Source: Lytechinus pictus
Taxonomy: Eukaryota
DNA: 64,000 bases
Assembly (NCBI RefSeq): GCF_037042905.1
Contig: NC_087245.1
Location: 37,698,001 to 37,762,000 of the forward strand
Direction of reading: 5' to 3'
Both the position numbers and the translations under genes were made by a program. Shown here piece by piece: positions 11,801 through 26,400 of this stretch (its first letter is position 1; the number at the start of each line of letters is the position of its first letter). Under the pieces are notes generated by a model. It ran no database searches, had not been told where the DNA came from, and saw nothing but the letters and a program-made list of their open reading frames with translations.

Positions 11801-14800
11801 AACTACAGCGTCTATAAGGAGAAAAGGGTGCGCTGGCGCACCCTCCTCGATAGACAGGAATAATTGTCGTTTCTGGGCCTGGGGATTTATTTAACAATTT
11901 CTGACATTTTACTATCATCCCCATTCACTGACTGGGTACATTAGTGCGAGCCCGCATGTGTTATCATTTCGCCCAAATTCGTGCCTATAGGGTTTTGTCT
12001 AGATTTTTATTTTTTAAAGGTCTAAATGACATTATGTTATCTTGAACGATGGCCCAATATTTTCTTAAGACTCTAATCTTTCTTTTGATACTGTGCATGT
12101 TCCAAGAAAATATCGAAAATATACATTACCGATGATTTATTCCGGAGAGGAAAAACTGGCAGCCGTGTGTTGCTGCCCTCTACGTTCATTGAGTTAGGCT
12201 CAATGCGAGTGACAAGTTCTGAATGCACGCACATAGACAAACGCAATGCAGCGGCACGAATCGCGATATATAGCGACTAGTAAAGACATCTGTAAGGATG
12301 ATGACATCATCCAAGATGGCAACTTACAATGACCAACGAAAGGATCGAGGATGATATGTTTGATTATCATTTGAAAGGAATTAGCGGTAACTGCGGGTCT
12401 TAGGTTTGATATTTCTGAATTTTATTTATTTTCTTGGTTTCCGCTGAATGTTAGATCTAACGTTACTGCTAATACGTTGTCTTTACGTACGGGTCTCGAA
12501 GCTTTTTAGTCTATGTATTGGTGAGTGGAGCCAACGCAGTTCAGCTGAACTACCAAATATAGAGACTGAAGCTTTGGTCTACATGTACCTCCTCGACTAC
12601 TCCTAAATTTTGCTTTTTGATGGGGAAAAAAGGAAGAAATGATAGAGATAAATTTATATTAAATGCAATCAGCTTACCACCTTTCCGAAAAATATACTGA
12701 AAAATAGCGAATTTTGATGGCAAGCTGGTCAGGATCAGCCAGGTTCTTCTTCAATCACGTGATCGCCGTCAGCTACAGCTGAGCGTACGGACATCGATTC
12801 ACCAAGATAGGACAACAAATTTAGAAAGCTCTTAATTTTTCATAAAACATACATCCAAATAATCCTCAAGTCCTAAAACACAATAACAATTACTGAAAAG
12901 TTACAAAAATTCCATATTACTTCTAAAAAGTAGCAAAATAGATCGGGTTTGTCTTTGCTGAAGAATACATAGAAGAAATGGTACCTCGCTCAGCTGTACG
13001 TCGGACGGATGCGCGCATGCACGTAGTATGCATATCACGTTCGTAAACATCGCCGCGCGCCAGCAAAAATCCATGAAATTCATCATGCAAGCATATATCT
13101 AGGGCTTCAGTATGCCTTGCGCAGGGTTTTTACAGCCAAACGAACCTTAAATTCCTGAAATGTGAAAAAAATGGGGTGAAATGTGAAATAACCCTTGGAT
13201 TCTCCGAATCATTGATACATTTGAGCTCATTTTGAGCAGATTATGTTGGATTTCGAAGTCAATTTTGGTATCAATTTCTGGCTGAAATCCAGCTGGTTAT
13301 GATGCCGCCGTCTGCACAGTACAGTACAGGGGTACAATCACAAAGGGGGAAATGGAGTATTCTTCTGCCCTGCCATAGGCTTTAACGTTACTACGCCTCG
13401 ACATTGGAATCAATGCATTAACAAGCGAACCGACACGCACATACAAATTTAGCGCCCAACTGCAACAGCACGTCTAGTGCCTATGGCCATGGCTAACAAA
13501 GGTGGGATTTTAAGGCCCGTGTTCTGAAGTTAGGTTTAACTTAGACCATGGTCTAACTCTTTGCTGAAATTATGGGTAGCCAAAAGTGTCAGAATTTTTA
13601 TTAAGTTGTATGTTTCTTATGTTTACTGTGGTCTTTCCTGATTCATCGATGGTGAAGACAATCATCTATTTATACTTCCTACATAATTATGAATGATTTG
13701 AGAGCCAAATGAGCTGAATTATGATATCTCTACTGTTAGTGATTTATGTAACAATTGGCTATCCATACTTAAACCACAACTTTAAACCTGAGTTTAAGTT
13801 AAATCCGACTTCAGAATACGGGCCTTTGGGTCTAGTAAAATAGTTGATGCAAAAACATGAACTTACCTGGAATCTGTAAGATGTACTCTAGTGTTTAACA
13901 CTTCTTGTCCATGCTTCTAACAATTGATGATTTAAAGCCCATAAATCCATTGCTTTCGCAATCGCAAGTATCGCCGGCCACTTGTTCTTGCGATTGCAAT
14001 GTTTTTTAATCAGCTGTGAATATATAAGATACCAGTGAAATTCTCACGCTGCTGTATAATTCCATGAAGCAATTTTGACTCTAGGATCTTGCTGGGGGAT
14101 CTTGCTTTTTGTTTGGTATTTATGATTTTAGTTGATATTTATAATCTGTGAGAAATTTTTGATTCAATATCGACTTCATGATAATGTTTAAAATGTATGC
14201 AAATTATTATCACCCCATCATACTTGCAAACATAAAATCCCTGTAATGACTTAGTCTTGATTGTAATGAATTCAATATGAATTTAATTTGCTTTAGGTAC
14301 AAGAGAATTCCCCCGGGCACAAAGCCGGATTAGAAGCTTTCTTCGATTTTGTCATCGCTATTGGAAACACAAGATTGGTAAGAAATATCACACTTCACTT
14401 TCTTTTGTCTTGACAACTCTAACTAGAGGTGTTTCCCAGAAATAAGAATAAGAAATGTTATGAATTTTCTGTTTTATTGAACTTCATTTTAATCTCATAT
14501 AAATTAAATGACATGATCAGTCATCTCAAATTATACATAACCCAAAAGAAATAGACATTTTACAATACAGCTCTCTCTACTCTATAAATGTCCATTAAAG
14601 TAGTATCCCACTCTACATGTACTGTATTGGGCAAGTCCAAGTGCAGCGCAGGGCCCCGTCTTACAAAGAGTTACGATTGATCCAATCAATCTCAACTGTA
14701 TGGAAATCCATTCATACCATAATTTTTTTCTACAGGAATTTTACACAATCTCCTTAGTAAACATAGAGAATCACACTGAATCTTCAAGAGAGTGATGAAT

Positions 14801-17800
14801 GGATGAATGTGCATCATATCTAGAAAATTTTCTGAAAAAATTCGAATTTTAGAAGTTGACGTTAATGGCCGTCCATAGTTGTGATTGATCGGATCAATCG
14901 CAACTCTTTGTAAGACAGGCCCCGGGGGTGTTTCACAAAGAATTAAGTATGACTTGGAGTCGTGCTTAAAGGTATTGTTTAACTTTGTGAGCAGCCAATT
15001 TAAAAAATTCTCAAACCAAGATGAAACATGTGTACAAGTGCATGTATTAGAACTAATAAACCCTGAAAACAACCATTATTGAGAATGAAAAGCTAAAACT
15101 ACAAGGCAAACCCCGATTTTGTAAATAGGCGTCTTATAGACACCTAAATAGTACACATAAGTGTATGGGATGAAATTAAGATGGTGTTTCCGGTCACTTT
15201 ATATTTCAATTTTTGTAGCACTAAATAATTATTTTCGAACGCAATTTTTTCTGGGCTTCATTTTTGTAACATATTACAGACACAGGTGACAAGTGTGACC
15301 TTCTAGCTCAGATTTTTTAAAAGTCAAACCAATGTTAACCAATCACTTTAAGTGCCAAAACACACGTTATTTCATGCGTGGTCTGATTGATGGATACGTG
15401 GTAGTGTGCATCCCATGCGCACGATTCGACTGATGCTGTGATGTGTTATATGCGACTGAACCACTTGCAACTGAAATTAAGTGACACTTCAATATTTCTA
15501 AAACAACCCCCCCCCCTCCCTCCCTCTTCCTGGGTCATGTCTTACAAAGAGTTGTGATTGATTGGATCAATCGCAACTATGGAAAGCCAGCAAAGTCAAC
15601 ATAAAATGCATGTTTAGTTTTAAAAAAATTCTAGATATGAATGTATATCCATAAATACATTGATTTCTTGACAATTTGATGTGATCTCCTTTGATTACAA
15701 AGGACATTTTGCACATTTCTTGTAGAAAAAATTATGACACCGATGGATTTCCACAGAGTTACGATTGATCAAGATTGATTGGATCAATCGTAACTCTTTG
15801 TAAGACGGGCCCAGGTCTTATGAATGGATAAAAAAAATCACAAGAGGCATGTTGCACTGTAGTCAAAGCAACTGTAAGATGGATTTTTTTTTCACATGGT
15901 AAAAAACCCCAAACAGATGCAGAGTCCTGATTTGCATTGGGGCCTTGCCATGAGTAAATATGTTTACAAAGTAAAAGGCAATCAATATAAATACACAGAT
16001 AGCATCATAATATGTACCAGGTAATTATTCAATCTTTTTTCCAGTTGATACAACATAATTAAAATCAATATAATCAAACGTATAATCAAAATCATTCAAA
16101 ATATACGTTCAGCATGTTTACATTTTATACCAATACATGATACAAGATATCTTGTAGTGTCATGTTGCTGTCAAAGCTTTCTTTGTAGACAATAATTACG
16201 ATGATTTTTGTTCTCAGGACAAGGATGATGACACGTTGAAGCGTCTCCTGCAGGAATACGAGGAGAAGCCTGTTAAGATGTTGGTGTATAGCAGCAAGGC
16301 ATTGAGTGTCAGGGAAGTCACGCTCACGCCAAACAAGAGATGGGGTGGCCAGGGTCTTCTCGGCGTGAGCATCAGATTCTGCTCCTTTGAAGGTGCCAAT
16401 GAGAATGTGTGGCATGTGTTGGTAAGTTCATCATGATCATCATGATCATCATCATGATCATCATGATCATCATCATGATCATCATGATCATCATGATCAT
16501 CATGATCATCATCATGATCATGATCATCATGATCATCATCATGTCATCATCATCATCATCATCATCATCATTATCATCGTGATCATCATCATCAATTCAA
16601 AGTTTTAAATCTGGTTTTGTCCCCGTGAACGGGGGTGACTGGATTCACTTCACACTCGCAGCAATCGCCCCTACCCCTCTCCCTCCACTTTTCCTGATTC
16701 AGTGTCCTCTACCCAACCCTCCTGCTCTCCTCCTCCATTGGCCGCTTCCATGTCTTCTTTAGCTTTCCCCTCCTACTTAAACCAGCCACCTCGAACTCAA
16801 GAGCCGTTCTAAAAACATGCCTGTCATCCTTCCTCAGTGTGTACCTGTGTATCTGTGTGTGGCTATGTGATATACACACAGATTCACACCTTGTTCTCAG
16901 ATTACCCCCTGCTTACCGGGTCATCACCAAGGGGATCTGTGTATGGCTGTCTGATGTTTATGGTCATTTAAAGTTTTGATGTCAACTTCTTGTAGCTTCT
17001 TTGCGATTGAGCCAATCACTATGTGATATTCACACAGATTCACACTGTGTTCAGATTACCCCTCGCCACCGGGACATCACCAAGGGGATCTGCGTATGGC
17101 TGTCTGATGTTTATGGTCATTCAAAGTTTTGATGTCAACTTCTTGTAGCTTCTTTGTGATTGAGCCAATCACTATGTGATATTCACACAGATTCACACTG
17201 TGTTCAGATTACCCCTCGCTTTAATACCGGGACATCACCAAGGGGATCTGTGTATGTCTGTCTGATTTTTATGGTCATTTAAAGTTTAGATGTTAACTTT
17301 TTGTGGCTTCTTTGTGATTGAGCCAATCATTTAAACATGCCTGTGAAGGACGTGTAGTAAATTGGGAAGTTCATTCAATCCCATCTCATTTTCAATTGGC
17401 TTTGTTTTTGTAATTTTGTGCTTTTGGATTGAACCAATCTTGTAATTATTGACATGTGTTAGTAAACATTGTTGAAGCTAGCTTGTGTAAATATATTGTT
17501 CATTTTGACTGAGTGGAATGTTACAAGTGCCCTTGTAAAAGTTTGATCAGTTTCTTTTGGAACCCATTTTAAATACAAACAATAAGTAAAGTAATAGATC
17601 AATGCAACACTACCAATAGAGTACCGAAGTGTGCCGTCAGTTGCCATGGTGTCAGGGCGGGCTGGTTCTAAACAGACTCGAACCCGACGATCGTCGGTAC
17701 ACATTTTGGTTCGTTTGAAAAATAGGTTGCAAGCGATCATTCTGATAGAGCCATTTTCTCCTATGAGAAACCCACACTTTCATTCAGGGTTCATTTGTTT

Positions 17801-20800
17801 AGAACCAGGCCACCATGACACCATGGCATGTGACGTCATCGCTTCGGCACTCTATTACTTTCTGCATATCACATTCTTTTCCAAACTTGTTTTCACATAA
17901 ATTACTTATACTTCCAAATAAACAATCGTAGTTTACCTAAAATTGATCTGTATAGGACTTGCATTATATTTCTTACCCTTGAATAGCTTTTTATTTAATT
18001 TTGGTAAACAAATACACAAAACTATTTAACAAATTATGACTTGTATTTTTCAAATCATAACTTGTAAGAAGAGTACTCTCATCTGTTCTAGCATTAATAT
18101 TAAAAATATAAAATTCCAATCCTTTGAGTTTGATAATCATACAAAATATTTGGACACGTTTACTATTCAAGATAAAATGAAAAGAAGTTTCATTTTCTTC
18201 ATTGATTTGATATCCAATCTTGTTTGAACAGGATGTGCAACCCAATTCCCCTGCATCGATAGCAGGATTCAGAGCAAATACAGACTACATCATCGGAGCC
18301 GATTCGGTGCTTTTAGAAGTAAGTATGAAGTAGAACTACACGGTATCCCAGTGATATTCAAATATCCATGCCACTGATGCATCTACATGTACTTAAATGA
18401 ATGATATTTGGTTTTTGTCATCATGCATGCTAACACAGTAAAATTATTGATACGCTATACCTCTTTGTTAGTTTTGTATATAATTATTTTTCTTTCTTTT
18501 TGTTTGTTTTGCTGTGTTTTGTTTTGTTTTACTTTGTTTTGTAATTTGTGGCATCATTATCAAATGGATTATATCTTATTTTATATAATATCTCATCTTG
18601 ATTTATACAATGTATTGTCCCCATAGAAGACCAGCAGCAACAATTATAGTTGCAGCTGAATATGAGCTACCAGCCGTAACTTTTACCTTTACATTTAATT
18701 TGTAAGTTTATATGATTTTGTTTTTAATCTTACAGAAATAAAAACAACAACATTATGTAATCTGTACAGGGTTCTCCCGAACAAGTATTCTTGTTTTTCT
18801 GTTGAATTACGTTATAAGCTGGAAATTGAACATTGTTTTCCTCCTATTTTTTTCTTATTGTAGTCGGAAGACTTGTTCTCCTTGATCGAGTCACACGAGG
18901 GCAGGCCACTGAAATTGTACATGTATAATGTCGAGACGGATGGATGTAGAGAGGTCACCATCACACCTAATAGGAATTGGGGAGGAGAAGGAAGGTGGGT
19001 ATTCTTCTATCTTAAAGATAAACATCGGTCAAATAGGCTCTCACCCCCCCCCCTGATTATTACATGACTCGGATCACCGTTTCAATCATGGCGCAAATCA
19101 TGAAAGTAGGAATTAAGTATTACTGCAACTACTTCTAGTTATCTTTTTTTTTCTTCTCTTGATTTCTATAGCATGGGTTGTGGTATTGGCTATGGATATC
19201 TTCACCGGATACCCACACGGTCGTTCCCTGAAGGTCAGAGTATCGATATCAGTGCACACTTAAAAGCTTCAGTTGCAGCAGCAGCCGCAGGAGATCAATC
19301 TACTGCACCCCCACCTGATGGATTTTCAGAGGTATGTCTTGTATAGCAGCATGAAAATTCAGACATGCTATTCATCATTGTGACTAAAATGCCAGAGACA
19401 TTTTTTAACATCCAGTGAAATTCCACGGTTGATATTCAAATGTTATTAAAACGTGAAATTTGAAGGATCAGATCAGTTAAATTTTGCAACATGTGCATTT
19501 TATTTTGTGGTTATTTTTCATAAAAAATTCAACATTTGAACTAGTAAATATTGAGCCAAAGATGATGAACATCCCACGTTAATTAATTAAAGGAAAGTTT
19601 GTAATTAAAGAAAATCAATGCATTTGTGATAATGGTATTTGGTCACTTACCAGATAAGTTTAACATTGTAATTCCCGTTTTTCTTTCTTAATTGAGGCAT
19701 GTGAGAATTAAGCTTTTTATATATTTTCATGTTTTACTTTCAGCTTTTTGTGTACTTAGTTCAACAGTATAGGGGCTTTTGCAATTTCAGCTATTTTCAT
19801 ATGTGGTCTCTGACACCCTTGTTTATTGGTATAACTAACTATATCCAATTCTCTCTCCAGGTTTCGCTCGCCTCCACTCCTTCTAATTCAGTGGCTGGTC
19901 TCCAGACTAGCATGGCAGACCTTGCTCTTACACCAGGAGCCACGCCCACCGCCCCTGGTGCGACACCCGCCGGGGTCACAGCAGCAGCAGCCTCACCGCT
20001 TGCCCAGCCCAATCTGAATGCCACCACGCCCTCTCCGGCAATGCTTGGGGGAGGGACCACGGTTCCCCTGATGACGGGGACGTCGTCCTTGTACCAGAGT
20101 CCCGTGGGAGGAGCGGTTCCTCCCCTCAACCTGGATGTGACCCCGGGAGCGTCTCCGTCTGGTGCTTCCGTTCCGCCGGCACTTTCAGGACCAAGTAAGC
20201 TATCTCTCTTACACCTTCCAGTGGAAACTGTGTCATCTCTTTAACTAGTGGAAGTTTAAAGGAAAAATAAACCCATTGGCCCGTATTCTGAAACCAGGTT
20301 TCACTTTAGACCATGGTCTAACTCTGTGCTAAAATTATGGGAAGCCAAAAGTGTCAACATTTTTATTATGTTTATTATGTTTACTTTGCTCTTTCCTGAT
20401 TCATCAATGGTGAAGACAATCATCTATTTATACTTCCTATACAATTATGAATGATTGGAGAGCCAAAATGAACTGAAAGATGATATCTCTACCGTTAGTG
20501 ATTTATGTAACAATTGGCTATCCATACTTAAACTACAATTTTAAACCCGAGTTTAAATTAAACCCAACTTCAGAATACGGGCCATTGAAGGTGTTTAATA
20601 GCTTGTGTGAAAACAGAAAAAATGAAAGAATGGGTTTTGAGTAAAATTGGACAAACAATTCAGAAGGTTATAACCATATGTATGTCGAGAACACTTATTC
20701 TATGGAGATCCTCCCATTGGCAATGCGACCAAAAGCTGATCCCTCCCCTTTGGACACTAAAAATATACTTGGAGAAAACTCTTTATATTCATTCTGATGA

Positions 20801-22085
20801 TAGGACAAATGATTGATCCATGATATTATTTTATGAAACCTGTAGTATACGTCTTCCCATAAAAAGAGAAGTTGATTTTGCGATAGACTAGATGAGAGAA
20901 AATTTAGGGAAAATGTGTACAAAAGTAATGGGGAAGTTGTGCTTGTGTTACATCACAGATCTTGCCAATTGGAGGATCTACATAATCAAACGCTCATAAC
21001 TTTCTTCTAATTTATTCAATCTTGCTCAAACCTTCATTGATCTGTTTCTTTGATTTTTCTCCTTTATATGAATTGATCTGGGGCCGTATTCTGAAAACTC
21101 TTGTATCTTTTCTTGTAATTTTCTCGTAACTTTCGCTAAGCACTTACGACATCAGAGTTACAATGATGCGTAAAGTTAAAAACGGTGCCTTTATCTCTGT
21201 GCGCAAGATAACATTTCGAGATAAAAGGTATTCTGAAAATTCTCTTATCCTGCATTCTGTTAACTTCCTTGCAAATTACAAGAAAATTTACAAGAGGTAG
21301 GGGGCTATTGTAACTTAAAAGTTTCATTCTCCTGCAGTGGTGTACATGTGATCTCCCAAACATGATATGCTGCCCCTGAAAAATGATATCAGCATATTTA
21401 TCAAATCTTATGTAGGCTGTGCATTCATATATTATGTCTATTTGATATTGAGTGACTTAAATTCTTGATGTACATTTCTTCGAGACTCTTTATCAAAGTA
21501 GTACAATATTATCTCCACTTGAACTCAAATCAACTTTCCGAATGATAGCTGTTGATGAAATTTAAAAAAATCTATTTATCTCAGTTCAAATGTGCATGTA
21601 CATGTCTGTGATAACAAAGTAGAATCCAGGATAATCTGCATTGTTTTTCATTATGTCATGTGATGGATTATTATGATTTCTCCTTATCTTTTGTAGTTTC
21701 TGGTATGCTACCACCAGTCAGTCTAGCCAACGTGCCGGGACTTCCCAACATCAATGTCTCGTTACCGTCGGTCAATCTGTCCAACTACCCTGCACTCAAC
21801 ACCTCAACATCATCACCTCTCAACCCTGCCCCGATAGCCCCCATCTCTCTCGGGGCATCGCCCGCCCCCGTCTCTCTTGGTGCATCGCCCGCCCCCGTCT
21901 CGCTCGGAGCATCGCCCGCCCCCGTCTCGCTCGGAGCATCGTCGCCTGCGGTCTCGAACCTGCCCCCTCCTCCAGCCGTCAGTCTGCCCGGAGGAATCTC
22001 AATACCAGGGCCGACGCCCCTACCTACCTTACCGGCCGGAATCGGCGCGTCACCGCTGCCGGCCTCCTCCGCACCGTCTTCGTAA
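8859..22085 (+). CDS. GORASP2: Golgi reassembly-stacking protein (GRASP55/GRASP65 family), 8 coding exons, 482 aa
   Basis: Exons 8859-8921, 14297-14377, 16218-16421, 18232-18318, 18864-18994, 19172-19331, 19861-20194, 21697-22085; all GT-AG, phases consistent, 1449 nt total. Translation [48 protein letters not shown]...[27 protein letters not shown]...[20 protein letters not shown] is the tandem-PDZ GRASP domain with Gly2 (myristoylation site), followed by a Ser/Pro-rich tail. Probably co-orthologous to vertebrate GORASP1 and GORASP2. Confidence 0.96.
9457..10845. repeat. Minisatellite, 110-113 bp unit, about 12.5 copies
   Basis: ttcaccttctc recurs at about 9571, 9684, 9794, 9904, 10014, 10124, 10234, 10347, 10457, 10570, 10680 and 10790. 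Confidence 0.95.
13514..13824. mobile_element. PIF/Harbinger-like MITE (GGCCCGTATTCTGAA TIR family)
   Basis: TIR ggcccgtgttctgaagt / acttcagaatacgggcc; same family as 20278-20583 and 27288-27585. Confidence 0.8.
14651..15813. mobile_element. Cluster of adjacent and nested MITEs in GORASP intron 2
   Basis: Two gtcttacaaagagtt-TIR MITEs (about 14651-14923 and 15530-15813; relatives at about 26350-26610 and 35480-35758) flank a ggggtgtttcacaaag MITE (intact relative 29982-30194) that is split by a TTAA-flanked element at 14970-15347. Confidence 0.75.
16428..16593. repeat. Compound (CAT)n/(GAT) microsatellite
   Basis: catcatgatcatcatgat... starts just after the GORASP exon 3 donor. Confidence 0.95.
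16862..17330. repeat. Tandem repeat, ~155 bp x3
   Basis: ctatgtgata... at about 16863, 17019 and 17172; each unit ends gattgagccaatca. Confidence 0.9.
17605..17858. mobile_element. Small palindromic MITE
   Basis: aatagagtaccgaag...ccatggtgtc / gacaccatgg...cttcggcactctatt inverted arms. Confidence 0.6.
20278..20583. mobile_element. PIF/Harbinger-like MITE
   Basis: TIR ggcccgtattctgaa; 3-bp TSD att; sits inside an older TTAA-type element (about 20257-21080). Confidence 0.85.
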
Positions 22086-23168
22086 GAAACAGACTCTCAT
22101 CATAGACATTGCAATGAAATAACCTAATTGAGACTGTGTTAGTGTCCATGCTGTACGCAACATAGGAGAGGAAAGGTATATCCGAAGCAATCATCATACA
22201 GCACATTCATGTATGTACTGTCATTTTGCTTGAAAAAAAAAATCTTGACAGTTGAAGATTAGATTATCCTGATTGGTAAATGATACATGGTTCCATTCCT
22301 TCAATAATCAGTGTTGGTTTACTCTCAGAGGGCAGACATTAACAAGGAATGAATTCCCCCATTGTGGTGAGAAATTTCTTCAAATATTTATAAAATGGGA
22401 TTTATTTTGATATCCTTTGGTCTAAACCTGAATGAACAGTGTAGAAAATAGTTGTATGAGGAATAGGAATGACTATATGAATATTCATGGTAAAGTATTG
22501 AATAATTAAGATATTTTAAATATTCATGCTGCAAGCATGTCACTATTGGGATGTCCAATATAGCTTTGGTTGATATGCCCTCACAGATATTGTCAAATAC
22601 CTCCGTATTGCAAGAGAATTTTGGCACTTTTTTCACATTATTTTCTGTAACACAATTTTGGTTGGTTTTTTGTATACTAACTTGCCATGGCTGTTATTGT
22701 ATCTGATTTTCAAAGTAATCATTTTCCGTGGACCGAAAATTTTGATTACCGGCAGTGGGGAAATAAAAAGTGTCACAATAAATCTCATTTGTTTTTGAGA
22801 TATTTCAATATTGTGAATATTCAAAGATCAAAAGGCTTAGTCCTTAAATTCGATGGATTTGTGATTGAGCATATCGACAGGCAATGTTCAGCATGTAATC
22901 TTTGTGGATAATGATTTAACGAAGAACTTTATCTTGGGATAAACAATATTTTGTTGTCCTTCACTGATTACATTCCTTGGCATAAACCTCCATAAAAAGA
23001 GGTAAATATCAAAAGATTCATGAAATATTATCTCATTTTGGATAATCCATGATTTTAACATGTATATGTGTTGTTTATTCAAAAGTCGCAATCGTTTTCC
23101 TCTGAGTTTGAAATATTTTGCCCTTATTTTGTATGCAAGTGCAAGTAAAAATGAATAAAGTATGTATT

Positions 23169-23435
23169 GTGGGCACGTCGTGGTCTAGTGGTTCTGACTC
23201 TCACCTTTCAAACAGAGGGTCATGGGTTCGAATCCTAGCCATGGCGTGTTTTCCTTCAGCAAGCAATTTATCCACATTGTGCTGCACTCGACCCAGGTGA
23301 GGTGAATGGGTACCCGGCAGGATTAATTCCTTGAATGCACCAAGCGCCTTTAGCAGCTGGAGCTGAAGCCGGGCTAATATATAGTGCGCCATTGAATAGG
23401 CAACTAGATAAATCGGCGCCTCATAAATGCTATAT
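23169..23435 (+). mobile_element. tRNA-derived SINE (same family as 648-926)
   Basis: Same head, core and 3' end in the opposite orientation. Confidence 0.85.
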
Positions 23436-26400
23436 AACCATAGTTTTTAAACAAATCCTCAAAATTGGTGATAAATTAGGATGTGATTTAAAAAATACAG
23501 AATAAAAACCAAAGAATATAATTTCTCAATTTCTAATGGATATGAATGCTGTAATATGAAGTTATAATTGTCAAAAGTTGCCAAGCTATTTAAGAAAGTA
23601 GAATTGAGTAAAAATGAATGAAGAATAGAGGGATGGATGTGAGAAGAAAGGAGAATTGATGAGAAAATAAAATGAACTATCGAGGAATGTGATTATTTTG
23701 AATTGAATTCTAGCACAATGAGATCAATCCCTGATATTGTTAGGGAATGAATATATCACCAGCATGATTTATATTTTCTTAATGCTCTTATAGTGCATGT
23801 TAGGTAGGAAATTTTCCATTTAAAATGGCTGATGTGTAAAGTTTATTGATTTATATGAATACGTTGTAGCGTTGAAAAATTATTATCTGTAGATTATTCT
23901 CCTTTGTCTTCTTATTTAATTTTCTTTGTACAAAATCATAACTTTATTCCTGTTATTATGAGTAAATATGCATGACTTGAGAGATCTTTGTTTATTTCCA
24001 ATGCAGGGATGACAGTTCAGATAAGACAGCATTCTGAGCTATGTAGTGTATTGAATAGGAAATAAACAGTAAGTCCTCTGGTTGCTTATTAAAGGGGAAG
24101 TTCATCCTAAAGAAGAGTTGGTTGTGAAACTACCACAAGAAATAATTTTTAAAGAATGGTGTGAGTCTGAGGAAAGTCCATCTAAAAAAAAAGAGAGTTA
24201 TGAAATTTTGAAGCTTTACATTTGTGACATCATATGGAAGTAGCCTCCCCATGTATCATGTCAAGTAAATTCCACAAATTCATCTTATGAATGGAAAATG
24301 AGGAATATTTTTTATTGGATGGGTATAAAATGATGTACATGTATTGAAAGATATATTCACTAAAATCTCCAATTTTTTGAGAAAATGGCATTTTGGGGAA
24401 TTTATATCATAACATTTGGAGGAGCTGCTCGTCTGTGATGTCACAAAATCAGAACTTAAAAAAAAAATCACAACTCTGTTATTCTTTGAGGAATTTTCAT
24501 GAAACATTCACAAATGTTTTTTAATTTTATTTCTGCTATCAAAACCAACTTAATGTGAACTTCCCCTTTCAAACCGTTTTCAAACCTCTTTTATAAAGGA
24601 ACCTGGATGCTTATTGAGCTCTTTATGGGAAAGAGACATTAAAGTAGTTGTTAACTGGCAATGCGCAGAGACATATTTCCAATTCCATATTTTCTATTTT
24701 TATGAAATATGTGTTTCACAAGGTTAAACTCCTTTCATGGGTGTAGTTTGATAATAATCTTTAATCTCTAATCTTTACAGGTATTATTATTTTTTTCTGT
24801 TCCTAATCATTTATGTAAAGTGCTCTGAAATGTTATTTTGTAAAAGCACAATATAAATGAACATATTAATATTTATAAATTATTCATTTTAAATGAATTA
24901 AATTAACCATTGTATGAATAATTTTGACTTAACTTTGCAATGTGGAATGATTTTTCTTGTGCTACAGTGAGTCTTAACAAATCCAAACCAACAGATGATA
25001 TGCCATTGGAAAAAATATTAGCTCTGATGGGACTGGGGTCGGTTTCGTTGGTGTGACTTCAGCATTTCACTGCTTTTCTGTTTCACATATATATATCTCC
25101 CTAAAAAGTTACTTGCAGTGAGGTATCAATTGGTGGGTTTTCAGAACTAAAAAAAAAAAACCAACCAACCAACCAAATAAACAAAATTGGCATAATTCAA
25201 CCAAGTTTGATTCTTAGACCAAATTTTCCATGACTGAAATTTTTGAACTATTAATTTCAAATCCCTATTCATATCACCCGCTAATGAGATTTATCACGGC
25301 TCTCAGGGAAATAAGCGATTCTTCTGTCTATTTCAAGAAATCTGTACAACCGTATTTTAAACCCGTGGGGGACCGAATGATTTTGCAATTACACATGTTT
25401 TCCATAGATTCAAGTCTGCATATATGCATGCTCTGTCTCCATGCACACAAATTTCATTCTGCGTAGCCCTTTTTCTCTATTTGAAAATTAGTTCACTTTC
25501 GTACATTGGTGCAATGGCAATGTTTGCATTTCTGTAAAGGTATGCAACGCCAAGAAAGGCTCCATTCTTATGATTAAACAACAAGAATTCTTTGTTTAAT
25601 TTATGTTTTGAACTCTAAATTGCATTTGCTATTTTATATATTGTCGAAGGAATATTTCATTTTGCTTAAAGTTTACCAATTGTTATAAATACGGTGAACT
25701 GAATGAAGTTGATAGACTTTGATTTGTTCATTGTTTGTTGTAAATGTTCTTTGGTTGCCCATATTTTAGCTGTCCCAGGTGGCTTACAATTGTTCCATGT
25801 CGAAGTAAAACATGGTATGATGCTTAACCCATTATAGTTTCTATACTTATTGAGGATTTGTGCCCCATATCCCAATTTATTTTCAGACAAATATTATTTG
25901 TAAAAAGGGGAAAATATGATGTAATTCAATTGGGTATTGATAAATTGGTAAAAGTTTACATTTAGATAATAAACATGGATATGATCCGAGTGGTCAAAGG
26001 GTTACAATCCATTACATGTACATGTATGATGTTTCATACAAAGCTGTGGAGTATTAATATAGATCTGTAGTTGCATTCATAAAATATTTTTGTAAAATCC
26101 ATTTATATGGCATATATCTTTATTTGTTCATGTCATTTTAGAAATGATAATTCCTCAAAGGATTGTGTTTGTGAAGAGAATTTAATCGATATTCACTTCC
26201 GAACCTATTTTTTTTCACAGAGTCATATTGGTGTTAGATTGGAGAGTGACTTGAATTTGCATACAGTGAACATTATTGGTGAATACCATTTACCACAAGA
26301 AAGGTTCACCAGTCGTTCTTAACTTACGAACAGCTTTATGAAACACTCACCAGGGCTCTGTCACACAAAGAGTTGCGATCGATCAGATCAACAACTACGA

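Noticed and set aside
11700..13410. GC-richer intronic stretch as an extra exon or gene
   Set aside because: The GORASP frame is complete without it and I found no convincing ORF or termini; probably an unclassified repeat.
16862..17330. Hammerhead ribozyme repeats
   Set aside because: The unit size is suggestive, but the core reads ctgatgt/ctgattt rather than CTGANGA, and no matching GAAA with stem II was found.
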